A stretch of 64,000 bases of DNA, from NCBI GenBank assembly GCA_040954595.2, contig CM082593.2, positions 8,999,200-9,063,199 of the forward strand, given 5' to 3'. Source of the DNA: Balanoglossus misakiensis. Lineage: Eukaryota > Animalia > Hemichordata. The notes under the pieces were generated by a model that saw only the letters and a program-made list of their open reading frames with translations, had not been told where the DNA came from and searched no databases. Positions 1 through 13,800 of the stretch are shown here, one piece after another. The translations under genes were made by a program, and so were the position numbers. Position 1 is the stretch's first letter; every line of letters begins with the position of its first letter.

Positions 1-3000
1 CGTGGGGTTAGATTGTAAGCAGTCTAACTGCACAAATTCATTTTGCAAGCAAGCCTGTTTTAATTTATACCACATAACAAAATCCCTACCTTCAATAGTT
101 TTAAGTGAGTGTATTCTGGTACAGTGCAGTGTTTCCTTGTAATGTTTCAAACCTGCGCACACATAAACAGTAGCTAAAAATAAACAGTATTCTGCTACAT
201 GAAAGCTCATTCAGTGCAATGATGCCATTGCTCATCTGAGCTTCAGAAAACTTTGGGTACAACACTGTCCACTAGCAGTGTTATATCTGAAAATAGAAAG
301 TCGGTTTGTATTTACAAGATTCAAAACGTACTCCACTACTCAACTCCTATAGTAAAAAAATTGGCACACAAGCCAATTTGAGAATCTCCAACACAATAAA
401 TGGGACAGTAACAGGAGTTGCATGAAAGCTTGGCCACTCATAGAAAAATAACAGAACTTAATATCACATTAAGGCCCCATGAGCTGCAACTCAATAAAAA
501 TTTGTCATGCTTTCAATCTCTCCAATAATCTTGGAAAGGCTTTTAATTCTGTCAGCTGGAAAGTAAATAAATATGAAGGTTTTTTTTGTGAGTGAATTTT
601 GTTAAAAAACTTGGATGTCCAGAAACTGCCTCCAATGTGTGTTCGTTTTTTTACCTGGCAGTGTGTTAAAAATTCACACTATCCAGATTTTCTAAAATAC
701 CACTGTTTGACTTTCTGGAGGTATTAATAGCAATATGCGCATACTACAGTAGTTATCTACTCTTGCAATAGACAGTTGAAGAAATGGGTGTGGCACCTTT
801 TTATTCTTCATTGTACATACTGGTATTTACATAGCCACAATCGAGTTTACTGATTTGTTTGTGTACACCGACCAGTAAACTTTAACTTAATTGGACGATT
901 CAAAAGTAAAATCATGAAAATATTTTTAAATTAATACCAGATTCACACAGGGCAAAATTCTCAGTGTTTGAGAGACATTACTTGCCTATGGTAAATACAG
1001 AGGATTAATCCTTTGATTCGCCTCTTGTCCACATACAACATTTATGTATAGGCACTATGACTTGGCCCCATAGACAATGGGTTGTTTAGAGGTATTAATC
1101 CTTACACCGGCGCAGGTCGTCAAAGCCGTCTCGAATCTGAGACGTTTCAGCACCACTTGAACTGATAACAAATAATTATTTATGCAAGTATTTGATCTGA
1201 GACATTTTAGAAACGTATTAATGGTCCCTGTGTAACCCCCATATAAAATTGTGCTTAATTAAATTGGCAGTTTAATCAGTAATGCCCTGACAGTGGATCT
1301 GACTATAGAGAAAATTTCCACGTATCATTGTCATGGATTTCTGGTGGAGTGACCATGAGATAGGCAATAGACCTGTTATGCATGAATGGATCACCAATTA
1401 TGTATGAGGTGCATGTATATTTGATTTCAAGAAAAGAGTTTAAATGAATTTTGGACATTCCATGCCATATCACACTGTTCACTGGCATGGACTAACAGAG
1501 TATGGGAGGGGGGGGGGACATTTCTTGAGCATAAATTGCACAATCTAAAGGAGAGAGGTGGGAAAAGATTCCTCCATACACCTGAAAAATTTTTAAAATT
1601 TAATTCTTTGCTTTGGCTAGATCATCAATGCATTGCATTTTGTTGCCATGCTATAGCAAGAACCTGGCAATGGAAAATCACATACAACCACCTGCCAAAT
1701 GCCAAATCCTTGAATTTTATAATCGTGAAAATAAATTTCATCAACCATTAGGCCAAACTGCACTAATACCGTGTACAAAATACATGAAAATGTTGACGTT
1801 GGATCCAACTTGTGTGAGTTTCAGTGCTCATTCATAGTTCACTGTTGAGGTACCCGATCATTGTAACAATGTCAGGAGATGCAGCATGAAAGAGGACGTC
1901 AACAAAATGAATATAACTATGAGTAGAAAGGATGCCAACCCCCCCCCCCCCCACTTCAGTGTTTATATGAATCCTTCCATATTCATGACACAACCATTCT
2001 GGTCAGTTTTAATTATAGCAATCAGATCCAGAAACTACTTGCTTGCAAAGTTTTCTGCCCAAGGTTTTAAAAAGCTAGGTCCTGTACGTGCATGTACAAC
2101 TCATTCAAAATAACATCACCATTGCATGATAGAACAGCCATACACAAATTCGTTAATAGATGCACACCTGCAGTATGATTACAACCACACATGTACTCAC
2201 TTTATCTACAGGTATATACATTTATGATCATTATATACAATTAATAGATGTTTGCTTCCCAAATTTACAGACCAAACATTTCAATTTCTTAATTAAAAGC
2301 CAATAAATTCTGTACCTGCCAATAACCTCTGTTCCATTTCAATATCTACATGAATAAGAGCATAAAAAAGGTTAACATTAGGTGAATCTTGAATTTGAAG
2401 GAAAATATTGAGATCTGGGAATGTATTGTATAGACTTCAAATGAGCAGAAGTCAGCCTCAAAGTTTTAAAAGATTTATTACACTGTCAAAGACTGAGTCC
2501 ATAACAAAGAAATGTGGGCGGGGTTTCTTGAATGAGAGGGCTCTTGGCAAGTTTGGGGTGGGGCTATGGAATATCCTCCCGCTGTCTGAGGATGACAGTT
2601 TTGACAATGTTTTGGTTTGGTCCTTAACTACAAGAATAAATTTCATGTATCTTGTTTTATAAATAAAAGGATTGTTGCTAACCTCATCTGTTGGTGCCAA
2701 CAGTTCTCTGAATCCTGACTAGAATTTCATGACATAAGAACAACAACTAAGCGGATACTACAAAACAACAACTGCACTGTGACTTCAAACAATCAATCAA
2801 TCAAGCCTCTGTACACCTCTGAATAGTGAAACATTAAAAGGTAGGAGACAGCCAGCCAATATGCATTGCATGGTTATTATATTCCGTAGCCTTATACATA
2901 AAATTTTGAGAAAACATACAATTCATTGTATACGTACTGGAACATGTTGTATGCTCTGAAATCAACACAGAATGTCGGACCCCTGCCATTTCAAGGCGCA

Positions 3001-3845
3001 TGATCAGGCCCAGTTACAGAGTTAATTTATCTAAAATCTCCACATGCAGTTTTAAATTTTAATGGTTTGCCTTTTGCTAATAGAGCAGTGAAATTGATAA
3101 CATAGAGATATCTACCATAGATGGCCACTGTTTGTCAATACCGGTACTAGTATCTTGTTTGACTAAACTTTTGTTGCCCTTTCCTGATCAACTGGGCTAT
3201 ATTGCCAAAATGTTGGAGAATTTGTGTGCTTCTTTAACACAGGATCCCACGTGTACAGTGTGAGCACATTATGCAACTTCTGGATCTAAACCAGCCCCAA
3301 ATATAATGTCATTGAAGCCCTAAGACTAGGAGCTGCCACTTGTTGCATTATTTTCATGATTTGACTTCCAACATAGATTGGTCCATCTAAAAAAGCTTAC
3401 TGATAGGCATACATGATTATGTTACCGACGCCCGATTGTGGCTGTATGTTGCAATTTGAACAAGTGATATATTAAATAGGTGCCACACCTGTTAAATCAG
3501 CCTCTATAAAAAGAGTTCACAACTATTGTGGTACGCATCGCCAAGAGTTAATAAACAGAATCAAATGCAAATACAAGTAATGTGGATTAATGATGAAGAT
3601 TTTATATAAAAGGTAGAAGATTTGATTTTTGGAAAAATGTGAAATTTGGCATTTCATGAGGCTTTCAGGGAATAGTAGTACCTGAAGACTGGTGTTGTCA
3701 CCATTGTACATGCATTGACCAGCAGAATGTTGCTATAATTCCCAATGATTTGGCCAAAACTGGTTCCCTTTTAAATACTAGAAGGAAGGTACCAGTATGC
3801 ATGTTCCTTGGTTGGTTAAATAGATTTTGATCAAAATTAAGGTAA

Positions 3846-4848
3846 GGGACCGTTCAGTTTTTACGGCCGGGGGGGGGGGGGGGGGGGGCGGCAAAATCCA
3901 GGGGGGGGGGGTCACTTAAATTTTGAAGTCCACAAGGGGGGGGGGGTCATCTGGTTTTTTTAAACGTTTAGGGGGGGGGTCACATAATTTTGCCACCGAA
4001 CTTTTGCTTTTGAGTCCACAAAATTGCAGTTTCGCACCCTTTATTTTACAAAATTTTCTAATGTAGGAAGGGGGACACCCCCTCCCACACCCACCCCCTA
4101 TATTCTCCGCCACATTTCATTTGGGGCTGGTTTGTCTAGTGTACCAGGGCGGAGTGCTTGCCACCCAAACCCCACCGATGATAATATTGAACAAAGTGAA
4201 TACATAAAGGAGAATAATTGTTTAAACCATTTTGCATAACTAAGAGTTTCGCGCTGCATCTTCTATATACTAGAAATTTTATAAATGATGTCATGACAAG
4301 ATAACGCCAAATCTTCTAACTTTGAGTGGAGTGGCAAAAAGTAAAATTGGTCCTCCCAACCATTGAGATAATTTGCTTTTGAGTTCTTTAAAATGCAACT
4401 TTGCGCTACATATTTTACAAAATTTTCTTATGTGGGAGGGGGACACACCCACCCCCTCCATTCTTCGCCACATTGCATTTATTCACTGGTTTGTCTAGTG
4501 TACCAGGGAAGACTTCTTGCCACCCCACCCCCGATGCTTACTTTGACTGGAGTGGCAAAATTTGTCCTCCCTAACATTGAGTTAATTTGCTTTTGAGTTC
4601 ATTAAATTGCAACTTTGAGCACCGTATTTTAAAAAAATTTCTTATGTTCTTTATTGCATACAGTGTACATAGGATCAGGACGGCGAATGTTTTGGGCGTG
4701 GGGGGGGGGTCATCATATTTTTGGGTCTGTCAAAGAGGGGGTCATCATTTTTTGGTCCTGGCTGAAGGGGGGGGTCGGCCTGATTTTGAGAACCGATGAC
4801 ACAAACTTGCCGCCCCCCCCCCCCCTGCCGTAAAAACTGAACGGTCCC
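3846..4848. mobile_element. Non-autonomous PIF/Harbinger-type MITE, complete
   Basis: Terminal inverted repeats GGGACCGTTCAGTTTTTACGGC (3846) / GCCGTAAAAACTGAACGGTCCC (ends 4848), TAA on both sides (3843-3845, 4849-4851). GGG-start TIR plus TAA/TTA TSD is typical of PIF/Harbinger. No coding capacity. Confidence 0.85.
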
Positions 4849-4877
4849 TAAGATGTGCCTCAAAGTCAGATTTTAAG

Positions 4878-6140
4878 AATAATAATAATAATTTATTTAT
4901 ATAGCGTCAGTATCCACAAAAATGTGATCAATGACGCTTAAAGCAAAAATACAATACAACAAATGGCTAAAAAACAGATTTAAAGAGTAAAGTTTTAACA
5001 TTTGATTTAAAAACAGATAAGTCTGGTGCCTGGTGAATGTTGAGTGGAAGAATATTCCAAAGAATTGGAGCAGCAACAGTAAAAGCACGATCACCGTAAC
5101 TCCTGGTGCGTGATCGAACAGGGCAGAGTTTGAACTGATCAGCTGACCTTAAATTGCGACACGGAACATACAGATCAGTCATGTTAGAAAGATATATTGG
5201 ACCATGTTTATGAATGGATTTAAAAATGAGAACTAACATCTTAAAAACAATACGCTCTGTAAAAGGTAGCCAGTGCAACTGATACAAAATTGGAGTGATG
5301 TGACAGGTGATTTTTGAACGAGTAACTATTCTAGCAGCAATATTCTGAACGCGTTGAATACGGTTGATTGAATACTTCGGGAGCCCAAATAAAAGTGAAT
5401 TACATGAATCAATTCGAGAAGTAATGAATGCATGAACTAATTGCTCTGTAGCAGATTGAGATAAATATTTGCAATAAGTGCAATGCGACGTAAATGAAAA
5501 GTGGCAGAGCGGCAGATCTGTCCAATATGTGGCTTCATTGTCAGACAAGAGTCAAGGATCACTCCAAGGCTCTTAGCCTGACAATGGACGGGAATCAGAG
5601 AATCGCCAACACGAATTTCTGAAATCCCTCTAGCAGACAGATCACCCGAAGTACCAGAGAAAATAACAAATTCAGTCTTATCATCGTTTAAGCACAAGAA
5701 GTTTTCAGACATCCAAAAGCTAACATCGGATATACAAAGTTCAAGATTTGAAACAGTTCTGGCTGCGTTGTCTTTACAAAAAGACATATAAAGGGAAGAG
5801 TCATCTGCATAAAAACTATAAAGACAACCATGACTTTGAACTAATTCACCTAATGGAGACATGTACATATTGAAAAGTATGGGACCAAGAACTGATCCCT
5901 GTGGTACCCCAGTGTCGAGCGGATAGAAAGGTGATTGGGTGGAATTTACAAGTATACACTGACTACGATTGGAAAGGTATGACTTAAACCACGTGAGAAC
6001 AGTATCTGAGAGACCAAAGCGGTCTCTTAAGCGATTGAGTAAAATGGTATGGTTCACAGTGTCAAATGCTGCGGAAAGATCGAGTAATACCAAGAAAACC
6101 TCTCTTTTTTCATCAAGAGCAAGCAAAATGTCAGAAGAGT
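4878..6140 (-). mobile_element. 5'-truncated L2/CR1-clade LINE (reverse transcriptase remnant, frameshifted)
   Basis: ORF 5437-6150 has RT motifs LLDLSAAFDTVNH, GVPQGSVLGP, FYADD; ORF 4967-5548 continues in another frame with the L2-type C-terminus (HITPILYQLHWLP...YGDRAFTVAAPILWN); (TTA)n tail at 4878-4892. Confidence 0.92.
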
Positions 6141-8323
6141 GAAACTCCAAGGGTTTAAATTTTCTGATGCCTCTAAGTCTGTGATGAGTCTATTTGGAAT
6201 GAAAGACCAAAACATGTTCGTCTTCTTATTTGTCGTCGCTACTTTAATTCTTATTTACTTTAAATTTAAGTTGATACAGAGATTGGTTGCAAACAACATT
6301 CTCCAGAAGTCTTTGAATGCATCCCATTCTTATCAATTTTAATCTTTAAAAAGTTATACAAATCGAGTTGATATACCAGTAATAGCAATTACCCCCCCCC
6401 CATATTGGCTTTGAAACCGGGAGTGTATCTCCGCCCCTGACTAAGTTTCGGGGGCAGGGTAAAACCATACTTAACCCCCCCCCACCATGCACAAAATCCC
6501 CGCTTACCCCCCCCCCCCCACCCCCGCCAATGATCATATTTTACACCAATAGGGATATGGATTTAAAGAATGGCGCAATCACTGTGAATAACTGAAGTAT
6601 AAAAATCAAAGTTAACAGAAGCGCACATTTTGTTGTTTATGGAACATACAGTGTAATTGGCTGGGAGGCTTCACGTGTCAGTAATTTGACGCCAATCAAA
6701 CTAATCTTTAACGAAAGTCGCTGATCGAAGAAAGTACATTTGTAGCAATATGTGTGACATGAATACAGTTGAATTCAATTTTTGGAACAATACTGAGAAA
6801 ATTGTCAATCATAACAGATACTGGAGCTTTTACAATAATATTTGTTCACTTTATTTCTTGCTATTTCTCCCTTTTTATTATTTGCATTTAATCAGTAATC
6901 AATTTATTCAGCTATTTATTTTTATCATAAAACAATTGTGTCCAGAAAATATGTAACTTTGTCCCCGTACAAGAAATTGCTTCCTGCACCCCTGAAAAAG
7001 TGAAAATGTGCAAATCTAAGCAACAAAATATCATTAAGGAAATTCAACTTTTTGGTGCATTTAATCTCTTTTATTTAGTACTGTCTTTATGAAATTACAT
7101 TCTCTAGTGAGAGCAGCGCAGAGACACAGGAGAACAGAACTTTTGTCTCTCTTTTCGAGCGTCCACATCGCTTCATATATTGCTGTGGCGTTAAAGTCGG
7201 CTGTTACAATAACATTGATTGTGTAACAACGAACTACAAATTCTCACCAATATTCATAAGCTTTTCCATGCCATCGTCAATGAAAACGGCACTGGCATTC
7301 TGATTTGTAGATCATACGGCGGAGTTGGTATTCCCTGGAGAAAGTCGCTGTCGAGAATAGCCGATCTTGGTATTGGGAACATAGTCGAATAATGGATTTT
7401 GATAACAGCGGTATGCCATCGAAGCCTGCTCTGTAGAAATATGTTTTGTCGGGACTGCAAAATCTGCCCGACACAAGTCCGACATTTGGCCGTCGTGCAT
7501 TACCATGATAAACGTGACAAGGCAAAGTTGTGAAAAACCGACTTTGTCATCTCAAAAAAAACCTGCCGGTGTACATGATGCAGAATTCCGGCATGCCAGT
7601 CGAAACTTTCCCGGTACCTTTTTGTTGATGGCGAATACCGTTTGCCACACGAAATTTCGACGTGTCATTTGTGAAGTCACAACAGACCTGGCTGTATGAT
7701 GCGACAATCTACGACAAGAATCACGTGGTTCTCAGTTGCATTTAAATTTTTATTCGTAATCTGCTCTTTAAAAACTGTATATCATGTTCTGACAGACTTC
7801 ACCTTTACCAGAAAATGCATTTAGTTAAATCGTATAGATTTTCGAAGTTCTAAGTATCAATCACAATTTCGGAAAAAAATGCATGGTTGTCTCTATACAT
7901 GGTTTCTATATATCTACCCAGTGCCCGTCAGTAGCCAAAACCACTTAACTGTGCAACCCGGTCGGGCATTTTTTTTCTATCAAACACAAACAAAAATCTA
8001 TTCATGGATGCGTCAATGAAGCACGCCAAAACAGGATCCCAACCAATCACAACGATGTACTATTTCTGGCCATGTTACACCGATGTTTTTACGTGATATC
8101 TCGGCAGATGTATGACCTGTCATACTGTCCCTACGTTCCAACAAGTCAGCTACTGACCGGAAAATTAATTTTTTGGTGAAAAAACATTTTATTGTTTATA
8201 TTGTTTAACGTTAAAATTTTACTCTGTCTCTGGGCATGCAAGCGTTACCCTATGTGAAGCGCAATATATTATTAGCATGCTTGTCGCACATCACCAATCA
8301 AGTAGGCCTAGGTTGGCATTATA

Positions 8324-8415
8324 TGCAATAATTGAAGCATTGGTGGCCTAGTTGGGTGGCTAGATGGTGGGCCATCCAGCCACCCAACCAGCCCAACAAG
8401 GCTACAATTATTGCA
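8324..8415. repeat. 92-bp imperfect palindrome (44-bp arms, 4-nt loop)
   Basis: TGCAATAATTGAAGCATTGGTGGCCTAGTTGGGTGGCTAGATGG matches the reverse complement of the right arm with about 6 mismatches. Confidence 0.75.
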
Positions 8416-8565
8416 GCTAGGCTGGCATGGAATGTAAGGCTAATTGAATTCAATTACTCAGAATGACTATCCTCGAATCGTATAGCACAACGCAATTCGC
8501 TGATCGCGGTTTCGGCGGTCAAATCATAGAAAGCTCGTACAGCAATTTTGTAACCAATCCAATAA

Positions 8566-9168
8566 GGGACCGTTCAGTTTTTACGGCTGGGGGGGGGGGG
8601 GGGGTTTGCAAGTTTGTGTCATCGGTTTTCAAAATCAGGCCAACCCCCCTTCACCCAGGACCAAAAAAATGACGACCCCCCCCCTTTGACAGGCCTAACA
8701 ATATGATGACCCCCCCCCCTCTCCGAAAACATTCGCCGTCATGATCCTATGTACACTGTATGCAATAAAGGGAATGAGGCTCCTCAACACGTCAATTATA
8801 ATTTTCTTAAAGTAATTGAAGTATATAATAGTATATCGTTGCAATAAAGAAATCTATGAATAAATTAAAATGACAAGTCAATACAATAGTTGGTAGGATT
8901 GGTAAAACAAGAAAAGTGTCGGGGTTGGGCGTGTCCCCCTCCCACATAAGAAAATTTTGTAAAATACGGTGCTCAAAGTTGCATTTTAATGAACTCAAAG
9001 GCATATTAACTCAATGTTGGCGAGGACAAATTTTAATTTTGACACTCCACTCAAAGTAAGCATCGGTGGGGTGGGGTGGCAAGTAGTCTGCCCTGGTACA
9101 CTAGACAAACCAGCCAATAAATGAAATGTGGCGAAGAATGAAGGGGGTGGGTTCGGGAGGGGTATCCC
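8566..9168. mobile_element. Truncated, inverted second copy of the 3846-4848 Harbinger-type MITE
   Basis: Starts TAA-GGGACCGTTCAGTTTTTACGGC and matches the reverse complement of ~4430-4848; the other TIR is missing. Confidence 0.8.
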
Positions 9169-9593
9169 CAATCTGATTAAAATTAGATGTAGGGAATGGC
9201 GACGTGGTTTTTTTATGCTGTCGCCTCACACTACATCTGACCAACTCTCACTGGAGCTCCCGTTGAAATCGACGGGATTTACTGGGCGAATAAACCAATC
9301 AGAAGGCGCCTTATAGCAAACGATAGGCATCCCACAATAACATGACCTGGCCTCTTGGGTTGTTACCATGGAGCTACCACAATGTGATTAAAATCAGATG
9401 TAGGGAACGGCGACTTGTTTTTTTTATGCTGTCGCCTAACACTACATCTGACCAACTCTCAATGGAGATCCCGCTGAACTCTACGAGATTTACTGGGAAT
9501 ATAAACCAATCTGAAGGCGCCTTATAGCAAATGATAGGCAACCCACAATCACATGACCTGGCCCCTTGCTGTTGTTACCATGGAGCTACCACA
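9169..9593. repeat. Tandem duplication of a ~211-bp unit with an internal stem-loop
   Basis: Units start at 9169 and 9380; each has AGATGTAG..GGCGAC / GTCGCC..CTACATCT inverted arms, an ACCAATC box and GTTACCATGG. Confidence 0.85.
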
Positions 9594-9838
9594 GACATAT
9601 ATCCCGGGCGCGAGAGTCGAATCAGCGTGGGGAATGGTTTCGAACCAGTTCAGCGTGAAGACTGAACCTCTATATTCCACCAGTCAACGAAATGTATAAG
9701 ACGTGGCAACAAGTCGCAGTAAAATTGTTAGAGAATCGATTACATTTGTGTAAGGCCGTCCCAGGGAGAGATTCTGTCGCCACGATCGTTTGTATACACC
9801 AGAGTGTACCGACCGACTGCACAGTGCACTGACTTGAC

Positions 9839-10081
9839 TAGCTCTGCGTGCAGGTCTGTGTGTTCCCGGCGTTACACGGACGTTATAAGAAGTTAAACGC
9901 ATCATATTTGGGGTCGGTTGAAGTAGTAAGGGAAAGGATTTTGCTTCGATAAAATCGAATTTCGACAGAAAAAGCTGCGGTCGGGCGTCCGGGTCCGGAC
10001 CGCAGGCGCACCAGTTTTGTCTATGGGGCCTTATGCAGGGCTGTGGTGCGTCGGGAACACACAGACCTGAACGCGGAGCTA
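9839..10081. mobile_element. 243-bp MITE with ~30-bp TIRs and 9-bp TSD
   Basis: TAGCTCTGCGTGCAGGTCTGTGTGTTCCCG / CGGGAACACACAGACCTGAACGCGGAGCTA; direct repeat TGACTTGAC at 9830-9838 and 10082-10090. Confidence 0.85.
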
Positions 10082-10583
10082 TGACTTGACATTCCTTAGC
10101 CGAAGTTAGTGTTCTTTTTAAAAATCTGTCACATAAATTGTTTTGGGATACATGGCAGTGAAATTTGGTTTATTTTTTATAAACTTTTACATGAAGTACG
10201 TCATTTTCCCCGACTGGCAGCATGACTACGAGGGCGAACATGACGACTTGTTAGGAGAGCGCCAGGCTTATAAATTCCGGCAAACATTATTTGGGCGATA
10301 CCATTTTGTGGTAGGTATCACTACACGCCAGTCATGCAAACATGCACTGACTGGCCTTCGGATTACTACTACGGTCTCACTTGTTGCAAAAATCGAACGG
10401 TTTTAGCCGGTAAACACCGATGGATTAACTCTTAAATCTATCCTGCGCCCAAACGCGCTCCAGTCGGTTTGGTCATTGTTTATGCAAAAGGAAATGCAAA
10501 ATGTAGCAGAAGCTTCATATAACATAATATAAAATACACAAACAGACAGACAAATAAACAAGCAAACAAACAAACAAAAGTTA

Positions 10584-10840
10584 GGGACTGTTCAGATTTT
10601 ACTTCCAGGGTGGGGCCGGAGGATATTTTATTTTCCTGGTGATTGTTTTTTCCATGGACGTACCCCCAGTAAATTGTGGAGGAAATCTGTTGTACCCCTT
10701 AAATTTCCTGGGGTTTTTCCATGGTCCCCCCAAAAGGATTGTGATTTTTATGTCTATTCCTCCCTAAATTGTTCTTGGAGAAAATGGGCGGTCCCTCCTG
10801 AAAATCCTCCGCCCCCCGGAAGTAAATCCCGAACAGTCCC
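10584..10840. mobile_element. Short Harbinger-type MITE
   Basis: TTA-GGGACTGTTCAGATTTTACTTCC ... GGAAGTAAATCCCGAACAGTCCC imperfect TIRs; right-hand TSD not preserved. Confidence 0.65.
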
Positions 10841-13800
10841 AGCTAGCACCCTTGCTTCACTGCCAGAGGAGCGACGGCATCAACAAAATGCAGATACACA
10901 AGAAATAAGCAGTATATTCCACAAGTGAAGAATCCCAGTTACAGACGTTACGAACAAACAAACTACCAACAACAAAGCTGGTCTCTGTTACCCATTCGCC
11001 TTTGCAAAGGCATCTGGGTAACCAAGACTACAACAAAGCAAGAAAAGGGTCAAGCGTCGTCAAAGAAAACGTAAAAAATCCAGCATGGGTGGTAAAAGTT
11101 ATTGGTATAAAACGAATAGGGCCTTCTAGAAATGACGTCTCAGACCCGCAAATGCCACCAGAACACAAAACTTATGTACAGTATAAGCCGGTTGTTGTAT
11201 GGAGCAGCAATAATCTGCGGTTGGGCCGTCGTAGATTTTCGTTGGTGGTGAAAATAAAATAAAAAACGCGATCAAGGCTCAATTTTATTCCGGATCACAT
11301 GCGGTTACGGCCAGAAGAGAGCATCAAAGTCTTCAAATGACCATGTGGTGGCGCACTTTTTTCGATTGGCTGTATTTCAATTTGTCCGTGGTAAATTTAA
11401 TTTTTGCAGGTGACTGGCACGGAAACTCTTAGCAAGGTTGAGGTAGGATGAAAAAATGCCCCATTGACTCATTTTGGCTATTTTAAAATATGCAGTTTCA
11501 TGGGGATGGACTACTCGACTATCCCAGAGGGGTCTGGAAAATTGAGACTAGGGGGGACTTTTTACCAGGTGTCTCCGTAAAATAGACTTTTATTTCATAT
11601 CCCAAAAATGAGGTGATGTTCTCACCTGCTTTTCCCCCGACGATTTTTTCATGTCTTCTTGAGATCAAAACACTACATGAAACACTACATATACATTTTG
11701 TGAGTTGTCTTTTTTCGTTTTATGTTGGCATTAATTCAATCAGAATTTTTAATTCCTGTATTGTAAAAAGCTTGGGTTTTATGTTTCAGTTGCAGAGTGC
11801 TTAAATTTGGACAATATGCTCGACTTGCGTGGCAATTCTGCAAATATATTTGAATTATTCTTTGGGATCCCCATCTATATTGTTTAATGCAATGAGTTGC
11901 GACCGTCATTGGTTTGGACATGAGTTTGTTGTTTGCTGTTTGGTTGGTCATGGAGCAACAGTCATGGAGCAACACGTAACATTGCCTGGGGTGTTCAATT
12001 CTGTAAATGGCATGAGATAGTTGCATGTACCCGAGTCTAGTGAAACATCGTTTTTGGCGATGTGGATTTCATTATTGCGTGACTGTGCGGTGGGTCTCGA
12101 TTCGTTCCTGTCAGACAGCCCAACAAGGACATACGCTTGACGCGCCTTAAAGGTATACGGTAACCTATGCAAATTTAGCTACAGTTACCATGGCAAATTG
12201 AGATACAGCCAATCACAAATATTCAGGAGGTGGCACACGCGACAATAAGAGCGCCACCATTTGTTCTTTAGAACACTAGGATACGCAAGTTTAGCCATTT
12301 ATGGACATATGCAAATTGGAGGTGATCGTGTATTAAGTTGTAGACTTTGTCCGACATCGTCCGGTCATCACGGCTGAAATACTCCCATTGCGCATTGCTT
12401 ATATATATTTTAGGTCGACCCCGGTGTAGTCTACTCCAATAGAAATGAAGAAAGTAAATATAAGATTACCGCCCGAAGTCTCAAACGTGAAAGCTATTTC
12501 AGTGGCACTACAGTGGATAAACATTTAATCCGTGTATACTTCATGAAACTGAATCAGATAACTTTTATTCAAACCAAATAAATGAAACATATGAAGAGAG
12601 GCCTATCTTGATTAAACACATAAATCTGATATTTTATCATATTAGGTAACTCAATATTTTACACTTGACGTATTTTACCAATAACACAATGTTTCAGCGA
12701 ACCCGTCAGGAGCAACTTTAGCAGAATACATTTCCTTGATTTACGTTACATGGTTTAATTCGAGAGACATTTCTCAATAAAATCAAAAGTCACAGTTCAT
12801 ATTTTTTATAGAAACGGTCCAATTTGTCGAGTGCGCACTGACAAGACATGCATCGTGCATAGACCACTACGCGGATAGGGTATCTGCAATGCATGATGGT
12901 ATAATTTGCGTTCAACATAGCGTCTACTGCATGGCTAACGCACGCGCTCAGAACGCACACTATCCCACAACACCCTGTGTTATGCTATCCGCGAAGTGGT
13001 CCATGGCAGTGACAACAATTCCTATAGAGCAGTTAAGAAATAAACCGGCCGGCCGTAAATTCATTGGCTGTATTTTTTGTATTTATTTGATTTGAAAGGT
13101 CGCGTTTTCCCTGTTGAATGCGATTAGTTCAGGGCCAGTTTCAGCAGTGCTCTATTGAGTACTTTCGTATCGATGGATTGAGCTCTCGTCCAATCAGAAT
13201 GGCGGATGGTAGCATGATCTGACATATTGCGTATTGCAATAGGCCTTCCCCAGATAGGTCAGAACGGAGAGGTCATTCCCCTCAGCTTCTTTGTCTTTTC
13301 TATTATTTTTTGACAAATGCGGATTGACGTTCCGTTTCTACATGGCCATGACTGATATTTATTTACGTTTCATAGCGTAAGCGCTTGCTATTCGTTTCGC
13401 AATTGTTTTCGTAGTACAAACAAATTGAAGAAGACAAAATATATTATCTATGTCCCTAATGAGATAATCGGTTACATAATCGCACTTCCAAAGAACGCCG
13501 TGACAGAGAATTCATCAGTTGGCGAGGCGCATTCTCCACCCGCACGCAAACGTTGCACTGCATACTTTGACTAATTAGAATGCGAAAGCAAGATTCTGAT
13601 TGAGTAGTAACTAATTTGCATAATTGACGAGCAGGTGCTGCCTCGTTCTCGTACCGCTGACCGTTGCATTTGAAAAATCATTGCAGCTTCGACGTTCATC
13701 AAGCATGGAGGTCCCGGTCGCCTCCATGCTTGATGATGTCGTTTCTCTGGTAAGCATGGCATTTAATGTTATTTTACAAGTACATGTACACTCCTTCTTG

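Noticed and set aside
2408-2700. Overlapping 80-84 aa ORFs
   Set aside because: No motif, and no convincing flanking splice sites or partner exons.
7130-7750. CpG-rich block with several short ORFs
   Set aside because: No protein motif or clear termini; probably an unclassified repeat fragment.
9600-9670. tRNA/SINE-like fragment (TTCGA motifs)
   Set aside because: Could not build acceptor, anticodon and T stems together.
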